Source of the DNA: an uncultured bacterium | GTDB lineage: Bacteria; Methylomirabilota; Methylomirabilia; Methylomirabilales; 2-02-FULL-66-22 | Direction of reading: 5' to 3' | Length of the DNA stretch: 64,000 nt | Assembly: GCA_964576535.1 (NCBI GenBank) | Contig: CAZNWB010000001.1 | Coordinates: forward strand, 243-64,242 | Part shown: in pieces, positions 28,683-39,364 of the stretch | Position numbering within the stretch: the first letter of the stretch is position 1 | Layout: each line of letters begins with the position of its first letter | Made by a program: the position numbers and the translations under genes | Notes under the pieces: generated by a model | Seen by the model: only the letters and a program-made list of their open reading frames with translations | Databases searched by the model: none | What the model was told of the DNA's origin: nothing

Positions 28683-29087
28683 TCACCTGGGTTTCACGTT
28701 GGTCTTCACGAAGGCAATGGCATCCTGGGTGCTGGCACCCGGCGTGTAGACTTCGGCGATCCCGCAGGCCTTCAGCTTGGGGATGTCCTCGTCAGGAATG
28801 GTGCCCCCGCCAAAGACCAGGACGTCGTCCGCACCCCGGGCCTTCAGGAGTTCCATCACCTTGGGAAATAGATGCATGTGGGCCCCGGAGAGGCAGCTCA
28901 TGCCGATGACGTCCACGTCTTCCTGGATGGCGGCGCTCACGATCATCTCCGGCGTCTGCCGTAACCCGGTGTAGATGACCTCCATCCCCGCGTCGCGAAA
29001 CGCCCGCGCAATGACTTTCGCTCCTCGGTCGTGTCCATCTAATCCCGGTTTGGCAATCAATACTCGAATCTTCCGCTCATTGGTCAT
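28683..29087 (-). CDS. B12-binding small subunit of a split acyl-CoA mutase (IcmB-like)
   Basis: The start is an ATG at 29087 ([25 protein letters not shown]). The DxHxxG cobalamin motif is present, and the size is about 134 aa. Confidence 0.9.
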   Translation of the reverse strand: MTNERKIRVLIAKPGLDGHDRGAKVIARAFRDAGMEVIYTGLRQTPEMIVSAAIQEDVDVIGMSCLSGAHMHLFPKVMELLKARGADDVLVFGGGTIPDEDIPKLKACGIAEVYTPGASTQDAIAFVKTNVKPR

Positions 29088-29118
29088 GGCTCTGTCCCCT
29101 GGCCCCTGGCCCCCGTCT

Positions 29119-30819
29119 CTAAATGATATTCGGCTCCGTGTACTCGCCCCACGCCTCGCGCAAGACGCCGATGATCTCGCCCACCGTCGCCTGGGCCTTG
29201 ACTGCCTCCAAGATCTTCGGCATGAGCACGTCTTTCCCCCACGGGTCCTTGCCCAGGGCGGCGGCGCGCAGATCGTCAATCGCGCGATTCCACCGGTCCT
29301 TGTCCCGGCTCTTTCGAAGCGAGGCCAGGCGCTCCACCTGCTTCCGGTGCAGTGCCTCGTCAATGAGGAGAATGGGGATCGGGCGCTGCTCATTGTCATC
29401 CACGAAGCGGTTCACGCCCACGATCACCTTCTCCCCCCGCTCCACCGCCCGCTGGTAGGCATAGGCGGAGTTGGCAATCTCCTGCTGCGGGAATCCCAAC
29501 TCGATGGCACGAACCATCCCGCCCAGCTCGTCAATGCGGCGCAGGTAGTCGAGGGCCCCTTCCTCCATCTCGTCGGTCAGCCGCTCGATGAAATAGGACC
29601 CGGCCAGCGGGTCAATGGTATTGGTCGCGCCCGTTTCGTGCGCGATCACCTGCTGCGTCCGGAGGGCGATGGTCACCGCCTCTTGCGTGGGCAGGGCGTA
29701 GGCTTCGTCCATGGAGTTGGTGTGCAACGACTGGGTACCGCCCAGGACGCCGGCGAGGGCCTGGAGGGCCACCCGGGCGATGTTCACGTACGGCTGCTGC
29801 GCCGTGAGGGACACCCCGGCGGTCTGGGCGTGGGTCCGGAGCATCCAGGAGCGGGGATTCTTGGCCTTGAACCGCTCCCGCATCAGGCGCGCCCACAGCC
29901 GACGAGCCGCGCGGAACTTGGCGATCTCCTCGAAGAGATCGTTGTGGATGTCCCAGAAGAACGAAAGCCGCGGCGCGAAGTCGTCCACGTCCAGACCGGC
30001 TCGGATCCCTTCCTCGACATAGGTGACGCCGTCGGCGATGGTAAAGGCCAGCTCCTGCAGCGCGGTGGCGCCCGCCTCGCGGATGTGATACCCGCTGATG
30101 CTGATGGTGTTCCACTTGGGGAAGTGCCGGCTGCCGAACAGGATGGTGTCGGTCACGAGGCGGAGCGACGGCTTCAAGGGAAAGATGTATTCCTTCTGGG
30201 CGATGTACTCCTTCAGGATGTCGTTCTGGAGCGTCCCCCCGATGTCGTCGTGGGCGACCCCCATCTGCTCGCACACCGCGATGTACATGGCCCATGCCAC
30301 CGCCGCGGTCGAGGTGATCGTCATGGAGGTGGTGACCTTGTCCAGGGGCAGGCCGCGGAACAGGACCTCCATGTCCTGAATCGAGTCGATGGCCGCCCCG
30401 CACTTCCCCACTTCGCCAAACGCCAAGGGATGATCGGAATCGTACCCCATGAGGGTCGGCAGGTGGAACGCCACCGACAGGCCCATCTGCCCCTGTCCCA
30501 GGAGATACCGGTAGCGCTGGTTGGTCTCCTCGGCCGAGCCAAAGCCCGAGTACTGCCGCATGGTCCAGAGCCTGCCCCGGTACATCGTGGACTGGACCCC
30601 GCGGGTGAACGGATACTCCCCGGGAAATCCCAGGTCCTTTCGGTAATCCAGCTCAGGGACGTCCAGGGGCGTGTATAGGCGTTCGATCGGTTTCCCGGAC
30701 ACGGTGGTGAACCGGTCGGACAGTTCCGGGGCCCGGTCCACATGCGGCCCCAGCGTCTCTCGTTCCCAACGGGCCTTGTCCTGTTTCAGCCGCTCAATTT
30801 CTTCCGGGTCGAACGTCAT
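29119..30819 (-). CDS. acyl-CoA mutase large (substrate-binding) subunit, IcmA-like
   Basis: Mutase motifs are present ([53 protein letters not shown]). The size is 566 aa and the RBS is GGAGGGG. Confidence 0.9.
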   Translation of the reverse strand: MTFDPEEIERLKQDKARWERETLGPHVDRAPELSDRFTTVSGKPIERLYTPLDVPELDYRKDLGFPGEYPFTRGVQSTMYRGRLWTMRQYSGFGSAEETNQRYRYLLGQGQMGLSVAFHLPTLMGYDSDHPLAFGEVGKCGAAIDSIQDMEVLFRGLPLDKVTTSMTITSTAAVAWAMYIAVCEQMGVAHDDIGGTLQNDILKEYIAQKEYIFPLKPSLRLVTDTILFGSRHFPKWNTISISGYHIREAGATALQELAFTIADGVTYVEEGIRAGLDVDDFAPRLSFFWDIHNDLFEEIAKFRAARRLWARLMRERFKAKNPRSWMLRTHAQTAGVSLTAQQPYVNIARVALQALAGVLGGTQSLHTNSMDEAYALPTQEAVTIALRTQQVIAHETGATNTIDPLAGSYFIERLTDEMEEGALDYLRRIDELGGMVRAIELGFPQQEIANSAYAYQRAVERGEKVIVGVNRFVDDNEQRPIPILLIDEALHRKQVERLASLRKSRDKDRWNRAIDDLRAAALGKDPWGKDVLMPKILEAVKAQATVGEIIGVLREAWGEYTEPNII

Positions 30820-30888
30820 GAATCCCCTCCGCCTTCAAGGGTCCTTCATCCCAAATTTGCCCGGCACATCGTCCCGTCTCGCTGCCGT

Positions 30889-30946
30889 CCCCTCGCCCCC
30901 ACCCCGCCCCCGGCGGGGTACCCGGGAGAGGGTTAGAGTGAGGGGG
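30889..30946. repeat. CCCTC...GGGAGAGGGTTAGAGTGAGGGGG hairpin repeat, copy 3
   Basis: The sequence is CCCCTCGCCCCCACCCCGCCCCCGGCGGGGTACCCGGGAGAGGGTTAGAGTGAGGGGG. It overlaps the last codons of the acyl-CoA dehydrogenase at 30933 and contains a CCCCGCC-n-GGCGGGG mini-hairpin. Confidence 0.65.
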
Positions 30947-32081
30947 AAAGAAGGTGTCGGGAAATGATCAGCCGGTGGACCTCCGACGTGCCCTCGTAGA
31001 TCGTCAGGACCCGGGCGTCTCTGGCGTAACGCTCCACCGGGAAATCCTGAAGATAGCCGTACCCGCCGTGAATCTGCACGGCCTCGTAGGCTGCGCGGTT
31101 GGCGACTTCGGACGCGAAAAGCTTGGCCATCGAGGCCTCCGCGGTGAATGACAGGCCGCGATCCTTCCGCACGGCCGCGCGGAACGTCAAGAGGCGTGCG
31201 GCCTCGATCTCCGTGGCCATGTCGGCCAGCTTCCACTGGATCGCCTGGAAGTTTCCGATCGGCTGCCCGAACTGCCGGCGCTCCTTGGCATACCGGATCG
31301 AGGCATCCAGGCAGGCCTGGGCGATGCCCACCGCCTGGGCCGCGATGCCCGCCCGCCCGTTGACCAAAGAGGCCATGGCGATCTTGAAGCCCTCGCCCTC
31401 CTCTCCGATCCGGTTCTCGATTGGGACGTGGCAGTCTTCCAGCACGAGTTCGACCGTATCTGACGCCCGGAGGCCCATCTTCTCTTCGCGCTTCCCGACC
31501 CGGAACCCCGCCATCGAGGGCGCGACCAGGAACGCCGTGATTCCCTTGTCACCCTGGGACGGGTCACTGGATGCGAACAGAATGATGACCCCGGCACGAC
31601 TCCCGCTCGTCACGAAGAGCTTTGTCCCGTTCAGGACGTAGTGTGCTCCCCGCCGCACGGCCGCCGTCCGGAGGCTTGCCGCATCGCTCCCGCTCGTGGG
31701 CTCGCTCAAGGAGAAGGCGCCCAGGATCTCGCCGCGGCAGAGGGCGGGCAGGTACGTCCGCCGCTGGGTCTCCGTGCCGTAGCGGTAGATGATCTCGCAG
31801 GTCAAGGTGTTGTGGAGGGATACCGTCACGGCGGTACTGGCGCAGGCCCGGCTGATCTCCATCAGGGCCAGGCAACTGCTGACGGTATCCGCGCCCGCCC
31901 CGCCGTATTCCGGCGGCAGCGTCATTCCCAGGATGCCCAGATCCGCCAGGCGCTGCAGGGGCTTCTCCGGAAACTGTTTAAGCCGATCCAGCTCGCCCGC
32001 GAGCGGCGCGAGCTCTTTCTCGGCGAACTCCCGCACCGTGTCGCGGATCAGGCGCTGCGCGTCCGTGAGCTGAAAGTTCAT
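30933..32081 (-). CDS. acyl-CoA dehydrogenase
   Basis: The N-terminus is MNFQLTDAQ... and the C-terminus is IYEGTSEVHRLIISRHLL. The size is 382 aa. Confidence 0.9.
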   Translation of the reverse strand: MNFQLTDAQRLIRDTVREFAEKELAPLAGELDRLKQFPEKPLQRLADLGILGMTLPPEYGGAGADTVSSCLALMEISRACASTAVTVSLHNTLTCEIIYRYGTETQRRTYLPALCRGEILGAFSLSEPTSGSDAASLRTAAVRRGAHYVLNGTKLFVTSGSRAGVIILFASSDPSQGDKGITAFLVAPSMAGFRVGKREEKMGLRASDTVELVLEDCHVPIENRIGEEGEGFKIAMASLVNGRAGIAAQAVGIAQACLDASIRYAKERRQFGQPIGNFQAIQWKLADMATEIEAARLLTFRAAVRKDRGLSFTAEASMAKLFASEVANRAAYEAVQIHGGYGYLQDFPVERYARDARVLTIYEGTSEVHRLIISRHLLSPSL

Positions 32082-32084
32082 AAC

Positions 32085-32173
32085 AGGCGTTCGATTGTTC
32101 GAGCGTTCGGTGGTTCGGTGGTTCGCATTCCGAGAGAACGATCGAACAACCGAACTGCCGAACGACCGAACGC
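32085..32173. repeat. CGAAC/GTTCG-unit palindromic intercistronic element, copy B
   Basis: The sequence is AGGCGTTCGATTGTTCGAGCGTTCGGTGGTTCGGTGGTTCG-loop-AACGATCGAACAACCGAACTGCCGAACGACCGAACGCT. It begins 7 nt after the upstream stop codon. Confidence 0.85.
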
Positions 32174-32180
32174 TTTTGCA

Positions 32181-34154
32181 CTAAAGTGAACGTGCCACCA
32201 GCTCCGCCAGATCCATCGCCTTCATCTGCTCCGTCGCGTCCTTGGCCCGGAGGCCATCCTCGAACATCGTGAGGCAGAAGGGACAGGCCGTCCCCACCAC
32301 GTCCGGCTTGACCCGCAGCGCCTCTTCGGTCCGCTCGATATTCACCCGTTTTCCGATCCGCTCCTCGAACCACATCATGCCGCCGCCGGCGCCGCAGCAG
32401 AACCCCTGTTCCCGGTTGCGCTCCATCTCTTTCGTCTGCACCCCCGGCAGCATCTGGAGGATCTGGCGCGGCGCTTCGAAGATCCCGTTGTGCCGGCCCA
32501 GGTAGCAGGCATCGTGGTACGCGATGGTCTGCTCGATCGGCTTGCTGGGTGTAACCCGGCCCTGCTGCAGGAGATCGTTGATCAGGACCGAGTGGTGGGT
32601 CACCTGGTAGTGGCCGCCGAACTGCCCGTATTCGTTCTGAAGGGTGTTGAAGCAGTGTGGGCACGCCGTGATGATCTTCTTCACGCCGTACCCGTTCAGC
32701 GTCCCGATGTTGGCCTGGGCCTGCATCTGGAACAGGAACTCGTGGCCGATCCGCCGAGCGGGATCGCCGGTGCAGCGCTCGCCCTCTCCCAGGATGGCAA
32801 AATCCACCCCAGCCGCCTGGAGCACCTGCACCAGGGCCCGGGCCACCTTCTGGGTGCGGTCGTCAAAGGCGGCGGCACAACCCACCCAGTACAGGTACTC
32901 GGCCGAGCCCTTCTCCGCAAGCAGTGGGACGTCCAGGCCTTGGGCCCACGCCGTCCGGCTGGGGACCGCCCCCTGATAGGGGTGGCCGCGCGTCTCCATC
33001 CCCCGCATGGCCGCCTGCATGGGCTCAGGGAATCGCGCCTCTTCCATGACCAGGAAGCGCCGCATGTTGATGATCTTGGGAATGGGCTCGATCAAGACCG
33101 GACACGCCTGATGGCAGGCGCCGCACGTGGTACAGGCCCAGAGCACGTCCTCGCTGATGATGCCGCCGACCATCGGCTTGCCGTTCCCTTTGCCTTTGCT
33201 CTTGGCCAGCAGGTGGTCGCGGAGGTCAATAATGAGCCCCTTGGGTGTCAGAGGCTTTCCCGTGGCCCAGGCCGGGCAGGCATCCTGGCACCGCCCGCAC
33301 TCCGTGCAGGCCATGAGGTCCAGGAGGTCCTTGCGGGGGAAGCCCTGGATCGTCGAGATGCCGAAGTGCTCCGCCTCTTCCAGGGCGACCGGCTGGATCA
33401 CGCCCGAGGGCTGCGGCCGGCGCAGGGCGATATTGGCCCCCGCCGCCAGGATATGACGGATCAGCGTGTACGGGAGCAGGGCGATGAACCCGAAGGCCAG
33501 GACCGCGTGTCCCCACCACGCCACCCGGTGCCACTGGGCCTGCTGGGATTGGGGGAAGCCCGCAAAGCCAAGGCCCGCCACCCAGCCCCCCGGGGACCAG
33601 AGCCCCCAGGGGTCCCGGGTAGCCACGATCCGCAACCCCTCGACCACGAAGCCGCTCACCAGGATCGCGAGAAACAACCAGAGAAAGAGACCGTAGCCCT
33701 CGGCGTCCCTCGGCTTCCACAACCGCGCCGGCCGTGCGCCGTACCGCCGGACCAGCGCGACGATCACCCCCAGCACCGCGGCCACGCCGAACAGGTCCAC
33801 GGTCAGGGACATGAAGTAGAGGTAGAAATTGCCCGAGAGCGTTGGCAGACCCAGGTAATCCTGGAGGGCGACGAGGCAGGTGGCGATGAACAACACCCCG
33901 AACCCCCAGGAGATGGCGGCATGCAGGCTTCCCCCCAGCGGCTGCGCGAGCAGCCGGCGCTGCAGCACCGCCTGCTGCAGGATCTCGCCAATCTGGCGGC
34001 CAAGCGGGGGGATGTCCTTGTCCGGCTGTCCGAGCGCGAGGACCTTGACGAAGCGGTAGCACCCGTAGAGGAAGATCGCCAGAAAAGGGAGGAAGAGAGG
34101 ATACATCCAAAGATGCGCGGGGATGTTCCAGTAGATTTCCCGGGAAGGGATCAT
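32181..34154 (-). CDS. membrane-bound (Fe-S) oxidoreductase, HdrD/GlpC-like with N-terminal polytopic domain (ETF:quinone-type)
   Basis: About 250 aa of hydrophobic N-terminus is followed by two CxxCxxCxxxCP motifs (CTECGRCQDACP, CTTCGACHQACP) and two CCG-type cysteine-rich domains (FCCGAGGG). It lies immediately downstream of etfBA. Confidence 0.8.
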   Translation of the reverse strand: MIPSREIYWNIPAHLWMYPLFLPFLAIFLYGCYRFVKVLALGQPDKDIPPLGRQIGEILQQAVLQRRLLAQPLGGSLHAAISWGFGVLFIATCLVALQDYLGLPTLSGNFYLYFMSLTVDLFGVAAVLGVIVALVRRYGARPARLWKPRDAEGYGLFLWLFLAILVSGFVVEGLRIVATRDPWGLWSPGGWVAGLGFAGFPQSQQAQWHRVAWWGHAVLAFGFIALLPYTLIRHILAAGANIALRRPQPSGVIQPVALEEAEHFGISTIQGFPRKDLLDLMACTECGRCQDACPAWATGKPLTPKGLIIDLRDHLLAKSKGKGNGKPMVGGIISEDVLWACTTCGACHQACPVLIEPIPKIINMRRFLVMEEARFPEPMQAAMRGMETRGHPYQGAVPSRTAWAQGLDVPLLAEKGSAEYLYWVGCAAAFDDRTQKVARALVQVLQAAGVDFAILGEGERCTGDPARRIGHEFLFQMQAQANIGTLNGYGVKKIITACPHCFNTLQNEYGQFGGHYQVTHHSVLINDLLQQGRVTPSKPIEQTIAYHDACYLGRHNGIFEAPRQILQMLPGVQTKEMERNREQGFCCGAGGGMMWFEERIGKRVNIERTEEALRVKPDVVGTACPFCLTMFEDGLRAKDATEQMKAMDLAELVARSL

Positions 34155-34203
34155 CCGGACGACTCCAATGTGCGACTACCACGCGGCGCGGCGCGCGTGG
34201 TCA

Positions 34204-34302
34204 ACGGCGTTCGGCAGTTCGGCAGTTCGGTCGTTCGGTGGTACGAGAACAACCGAACAACCGAACCGTCGAATCCCGCAAGGCGGGAAACAGCCGAACG
34301 TT
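34204..34302. repeat. CGAAC/GTTCG-unit palindromic intercistronic element, copy C
   Basis: The sequence is ACGGCGTTCGGCAGTTCGGCAGTTCGGTCGTTCGGTGGT-loop-AACAACCGAACAACCGAACCGTCGAA-[TCCCGCAAGGCGGGA]-AACAGCCGAACGTT. Confidence 0.85.
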
Positions 34303-34308
34303 TTTGCA

Positions 34309-35292
34309 TTAGCCTTGAATCAACTCCCGGCACTTCTCGATGAACTTGGGGAGGACTGCCTTGAAGTCACCCACCACCCCGAGATGGGCGACCTTGAAGA
34401 TCGGCGCGTCGGGGTCGGTGTTGATCGCCACGATGGTCTTGGCGCTGGTCATGCCTGCCAGATGCTGGGTGGCACCGGAGATCCCCACGGCGATATACAG
34501 ATCGGGGCTGACGGTCTTTCCCGTCTGCCCGACCTGCCAGGAGGCGGGCACCCACCCGGCATCCGTGGCGGCCCGCGACGCGCCTACCGCCCCCTTGAGA
34601 ATCTGTGCTAGCTCCTCGAGCTGCTTGAAGGCCTCGGGGCCCTTCAGGCCGCGCCCGCCGCTCACGACCACCCGAGCGTTCTCCAGCTTGACGCCACGGA
34701 CCTCCTCGGCGACCCGCTCCAGGACCTTGGTGCGGACCACGGACGCGTCCAGGGAAACCGGGACCGAAACCTCTTCGCCCACGCGCCCCGCCTGCTCCGG
34801 GGCCGGGGCCATCATCCGGGGCTTGACCGTGGCCACCACGGGAAACCGCCGGGTGCTGATCGCCGCGATCGTCCGCCCCCCGTACATCTGGCGACGGAAG
34901 ACGACCTCGGAGCCCTCGCCCTCTATTGCAATCACCTCGGTCACCACTCCGCCGCCAAGCCTGTGGGCCAGACGCGGGGCCACCTCCTTGCCCAGCGAGT
35001 CGTCTGCCAAGAGCACAATCTGAGCCTTGGCTTGCCCGGCAACCTGGGCCAGCACGCTCACGTACGCGTCCGCCTGGACTCCATTCAAGAGGGAATGCTC
35101 CGCCCGGAAGACCTGGTCCGCTCCGTACGCGAACACACGCTTAGAAAGCCCCGTGGTCGCGCTTGCCAGTACCGCGGCCTGCACTTTCCCCCGGGTGGCG
35201 TCCGCCACCTGCCGGGCCGCCCCCAGGAGCTCCAGCGTATTCTGCGAGGGAACGCCTGCCTGCCCATCGGCCAGCACCAGGACATCGGTCAT
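34309..35292 (-). CDS. etfA: electron transfer flavoprotein alpha subunit
   Basis: The C-terminal FAD domain signature is [28 protein letters not shown], and the RBS is GGGAGGAGG. Confidence 0.9.
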   Translation of the reverse strand: MTDVLVLADGQAGVPSQNTLELLGAARQVADATRGKVQAAVLASATTGLSKRVFAYGADQVFRAEHSLLNGVQADAYVSVLAQVAGQAKAQIVLLADDSLGKEVAPRLAHRLGGGVVTEVIAIEGEGSEVVFRRQMYGGRTIAAISTRRFPVVATVKPRMMAPAPEQAGRVGEEVSVPVSLDASVVRTKVLERVAEEVRGVKLENARVVVSGGRGLKGPEAFKQLEELAQILKGAVGASRAATDAGWVPASWQVGQTGKTVSPDLYIAVGISGATQHLAGMTSAKTIVAINTDPDAPIFKVAHLGVVGDFKAVLPKFIEKCRELIQG

Positions 35293-35378
35293 CTACTCGC
35301 CTCCTCCCTATACCAAGCTGTCATCGCTCAGCGATCAGCTCTTGGCTGAGGGCTGATGCTGATGGCTGATAGCCTTCC

Positions 35379-36179
35379 TTAGATCACCTTGAGTTCCCGC
35401 AGGCGCAGGGCGAGCCGTCCAGCCTTCTCGTCCGGCGTGTCCCCGTCCAGCAGCTCGCACCGCGACTCGCGCTTCGGCACATACACATCCATGATCTGCA
35501 GCCGAGCGGCCCCGGCCCCGACCCTGGCAGCATCCAGGTTCAGGTCCGCCCCCTTCCACGTCGGCACCTGCTTCTTGGCCGCCGCCATGATGTCCTTCAG
35601 CTTGGAGTACCGGGGCACGTTGGTGTCGTCGCTGACAACGGTCACCACGAGGGGGAGCGGCGCCTCCACCCGCTCGTACCCATCCTCCACGATCCGGCGC
35701 GCCACGGCCTTGCCGGCCGTGACCTCGATCCGGCTGGCAAAGGTCACGCAGGGAAGATCCATCTCCTCGGCGAGAAGCGGCCCGACCACCTTGTTGCCCG
35801 TATCGGCCGACACGCACCCCGTCAGAATCAGGTCTGCCGTCCCGATCTTTCGAATGGCCTGAGCCAGCACGTGGGCCACCCCGAAGGAATCGCTGTCCGG
35901 CAGGGACGGATCGCTGACGAGGACTCCGTCATCCACTCCCATGCCCAGGGCGCTCTTGACCGCCGACATGGCCCCCGCCTCCCCCAGGCAGAGGGCCGTG
36001 ACCTTCCCGCCCGTCTTCTCCCGCAGTTGCAGCGCCACCTCCAAGGCATTCTGGTCGTAGGCGCTGATAACCAGGGACAGGCCGCCGCGGACCTGCCGCT
36101 TGGTGGCCGGGTCCAGCTTGAATTGGTCGGTCGGGATCTCGGGATCAATGATTTGTTTGATGCAGACGACGATGTGCAT
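35379..36179 (-). CDS. etfB: electron transfer flavoprotein beta subunit
   Basis: The N-terminus MHIVVCIKQIIDPE is typical of EtfB. The start is an ATG at 36179. The track start at 36182 is a GTG one codon upstream. Confidence 0.9.
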   Translation of the reverse strand: MHIVVCIKQIIDPEIPTDQFKLDPATKRQVRGGLSLVISAYDQNALEVALQLREKTGGKVTALCLGEAGAMSAVKSALGMGVDDGVLVSDPSLPDSDSFGVAHVLAQAIRKIGTADLILTGCVSADTGNKVVGPLLAEEMDLPCVTFASRIEVTAGKAVARRIVEDGYERVEAPLPLVVTVVSDDTNVPRYSKLKDIMAAAKKQVPTWKGADLNLDAARVGAGAARLQIMDVYVPKRESRCELLDGDTPDEKAGRLALRLRELKVI

Positions 36180-36212
36180 CACGCGACTCCCAGGGTGCAG
36201 ATACTAGAATTA

Positions 36213-36301
36213 GAGCGTTCGGTGGTTCAGTGGTTCGACCGTTCGGTGGTTCCCGGACCCCGGAACAACCGAACTACCGAACCGTCGAACTGCCGAACGC
36301 T
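36213..36301. repeat. CGAAC/GTTCG-unit palindromic intercistronic element, copy D
   Basis: The sequence is GAGCGTTCGGTGGTTCAGTGGTTCGACCGTTCGGTGGTTCC-CGGACCCCG-GAACAACCGAACTACCGAACCGTCGAACTGCCGAACGCT. It abuts the stop codon at 36302. Confidence 0.85.
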
Positions 36302-37441
36302 TTAGGATAGAAGAGCGTTGGCGATTACCATCCGCTGCACCTCGGAGGTGCCCTCGTAGATCTCGGTGATCTTCGCGTCACGCATGAACCGCTGCGCGGG
36401 ATAGTCCATCATGTAGCCGTAGCCCCCGAAGATCTGGACGCCCTTGACGCCGCAGCGCATCGCCACCTCGGAGGCGTACAGCTTGGCCATGGCGGATTCG
36501 CGGGTGTACCGCACGCCCTGGTCCTTCAACAGGGCAGCGCTCAGGACGAGCAGGCGGGCCGCGTCAATTTCCGTGGCCATGTCGGCCAGCATGAACTGGA
36601 TAGCCTGGTTCGCCGCGATGGGCTTCCCGAACTGCACCCGCTGCTTCGAGTAGTCCAGCGAGGCCTCCAGCGCCGCCCGGGCGATTCCCACTGCCTGGGC
36701 AGCGATCCCGATCCGTCCGCCGTCGAGCGCCTTTAGGGCGATCTTGAACCCCTCGCCTTCCTTTCCCAGGAGGTTGGCCGCCGGGACCCGGCAGTTCTCC
36801 AGAGTGATCTGGGCACAACTGCTCCCGCGGATTCCCAGCTTCTTCTCCAGGTGGGCCACGCTGAACCCCGGCGTCCCGCGTTCCACCACGAAGGCGCAGA
36901 TCCCCTTGTGCTTTAATTCCTTGCTAACCGTGGCAAAGACAATCGCATATTCGGCCTCGGCGCCGTTGGTAATGAAGTTCTTGGTTCCGTTCAGGGCGTA
37001 GAAATCGCCCTCGCGCCTGGCGGTCGTCTCCTGGTTAGCGGCGTCGCTGCCCGCATTGGGCTCACTCAGGCAGAAACAGCCGATGGTTTTGCCGCTGGCC
37101 ACGGGGACGAGGAACCGCCGTTTCTGCTCCTCCGTGCCGAACCGCACCAAGGGATCGCAGTAGAGCGAGTTGTTCACCGTCATGATGACGCCGTGGGAGG
37201 CACAGGCCCGGCTGATCTCCTCCAGCGCCACCACGTAGCAGACGGTGTCCGCCCCCGCCCCGCCATACTCCTGGGGCACCCCGATGCCCATGAAACCCAG
37301 CGCTCCCAGCTTCAGGATGGTCTCATGGGGAAACTGCCCCTGCTCGTCCACCTTCTCGGCGATGGGCGCGATCTCCTTGTCGGCGAACTGCCGCGCCGTC
37401 TCCTGGAACATCCGCTGCTCGTCGGTCAGCTCAAAATCCAT
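36302..37441 (-). CDS. acyl-CoA dehydrogenase (short/medium-chain type)
   Basis: The N-terminus is MDFELTDEQ... and the C-terminus is IYEGTSEVQRMVIANALL. The size is 379 aa. Confidence 0.9.
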   Translation of the reverse strand: MDFELTDEQRMFQETARQFADKEIAPIAEKVDEQGQFPHETILKLGALGFMGIGVPQEYGGAGADTVCYVVALEEISRACASHGVIMTVNNSLYCDPLVRFGTEEQKRRFLVPVASGKTIGCFCLSEPNAGSDAANQETTARREGDFYALNGTKNFITNGAEAEYAIVFATVSKELKHKGICAFVVERGTPGFSVAHLEKKLGIRGSSCAQITLENCRVPAANLLGKEGEGFKIALKALDGGRIGIAAQAVGIARAALEASLDYSKQRVQFGKPIAANQAIQFMLADMATEIDAARLLVLSAALLKDQGVRYTRESAMAKLYASEVAMRCGVKGVQIFGGYGYMMDYPAQRFMRDAKITEIYEGTSEVQRMVIANALLS

Positions 37442-37559
37442 GTCAAAACCCTACTGGAACCGCTAATGGACGCAGATGAACACAGATAAAACACCCCCTG
37501 TCTTCCGAACCACTCAGAAAACAATTCGCGCTTATCTGCGTTCATTTGCCGTTGCTTTC

Positions 37560-38342
37560 TCAGCGGCCCGTGAAGTTGGCCTTCCGCTTGTCCAGGAACG
37601 CCTGGATCCCCTCCACGTGATCCTCGGTGGTGAAACAGAGGCTCCAGGCCTTGGCCTCGATCTCCATGCCGCTGGCCAAGTCCACCTGGGAGCCCGCCTC
37701 GATGGCCTCTTTCACCATCCGCAGGGTGACGTCGCTCTTGCTGAGGATCTTCGCGCAGAGCTTCTGCACCTCGGCCATCAGCTCCCCCGCCGGCACCACC
37801 TTGCATACCAGCCCGATCCGCAGCGCCTCCTCGGCCGAGAGCATGTCTCCCGTCATCTCGAGTTCCTTGGCCTTCTGCTTTCCCACCAGGCGTGACAGGC
37901 GCTGGGTCCCCCCGGCGCCCGGGATGATGCCCAAATTGATCTCCGGCTGGCCCATCTTGGCCGTGTCGGCGGCATAGGCGATGTCGCAGGCCATCATCAG
38001 CTCGCAGCCGCCCCCCAGGGCGAAGCCGTTGACCGCCGCGATCGTCGGCTTGGACACGGTCTCCAGCTTCCGGAAGATCCGCTGGGCGTTCCGGCTGAAG
38101 TCCAGGGCCGGCATCGGTCCCATCCCCACGAACTCCCGGATGTCCGCCCCTGCGGCAAAGGCGCGGTCCCCCGACCCGGTGATCACCACGACGCGCGCCG
38201 CGGGGTCCGCCGCCACCTGATCAAAGGCCGCGTCCAGCTCCCGGAACATCTGCCGGTTCAGGGCGTTCAGTTGCTGGGGTCGGTTCAACGTGATGGTAGC
38301 GATCCCCTCCTTCACGGTCACGACAATCGTCTCGAATCCCAT
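37560..38342 (-). CDS. enoyl-CoA hydratase (crotonase family)
   Basis: The start is an ATG at 38342 (MGFETIVVTVKEGIATITLNRPQQLNAL). The oxyanion-hole context is FAAGADI...GGGCELMMACD. Confidence 0.85.
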   Translation of the reverse strand: MGFETIVVTVKEGIATITLNRPQQLNALNRQMFRELDAAFDQVAADPAARVVVITGSGDRAFAAGADIREFVGMGPMPALDFSRNAQRIFRKLETVSKPTIAAVNGFALGGGCELMMACDIAYAADTAKMGQPEINLGIIPGAGGTQRLSRLVGKQKAKELEMTGDMLSAEEALRIGLVCKVVPAGELMAEVQKLCAKILSKSDVTLRMVKEAIEAGSQVDLASGMEIEAKAWSLCFTTEDHVEGIQAFLDKRKANFTGR

Positions 38343-38377
38343 GGAACCTCCCTGACGGGGTTGTGGGTGGGGCCGAA

Positions 38378-39229
<852 letters not shown>

Positions 39230-39364
39230 GGCGACTCCCCCAAGTGATGAAAACCCGACAACGACAGCCGACAGGGAAATCCGAGGAATAGAGTTCTTCG
39301 CAACCGCGAGAGAATCCCGACAGTGAAACCAGATCCCGCCTGTGGCGGGACTGTCCCTGTCGGT

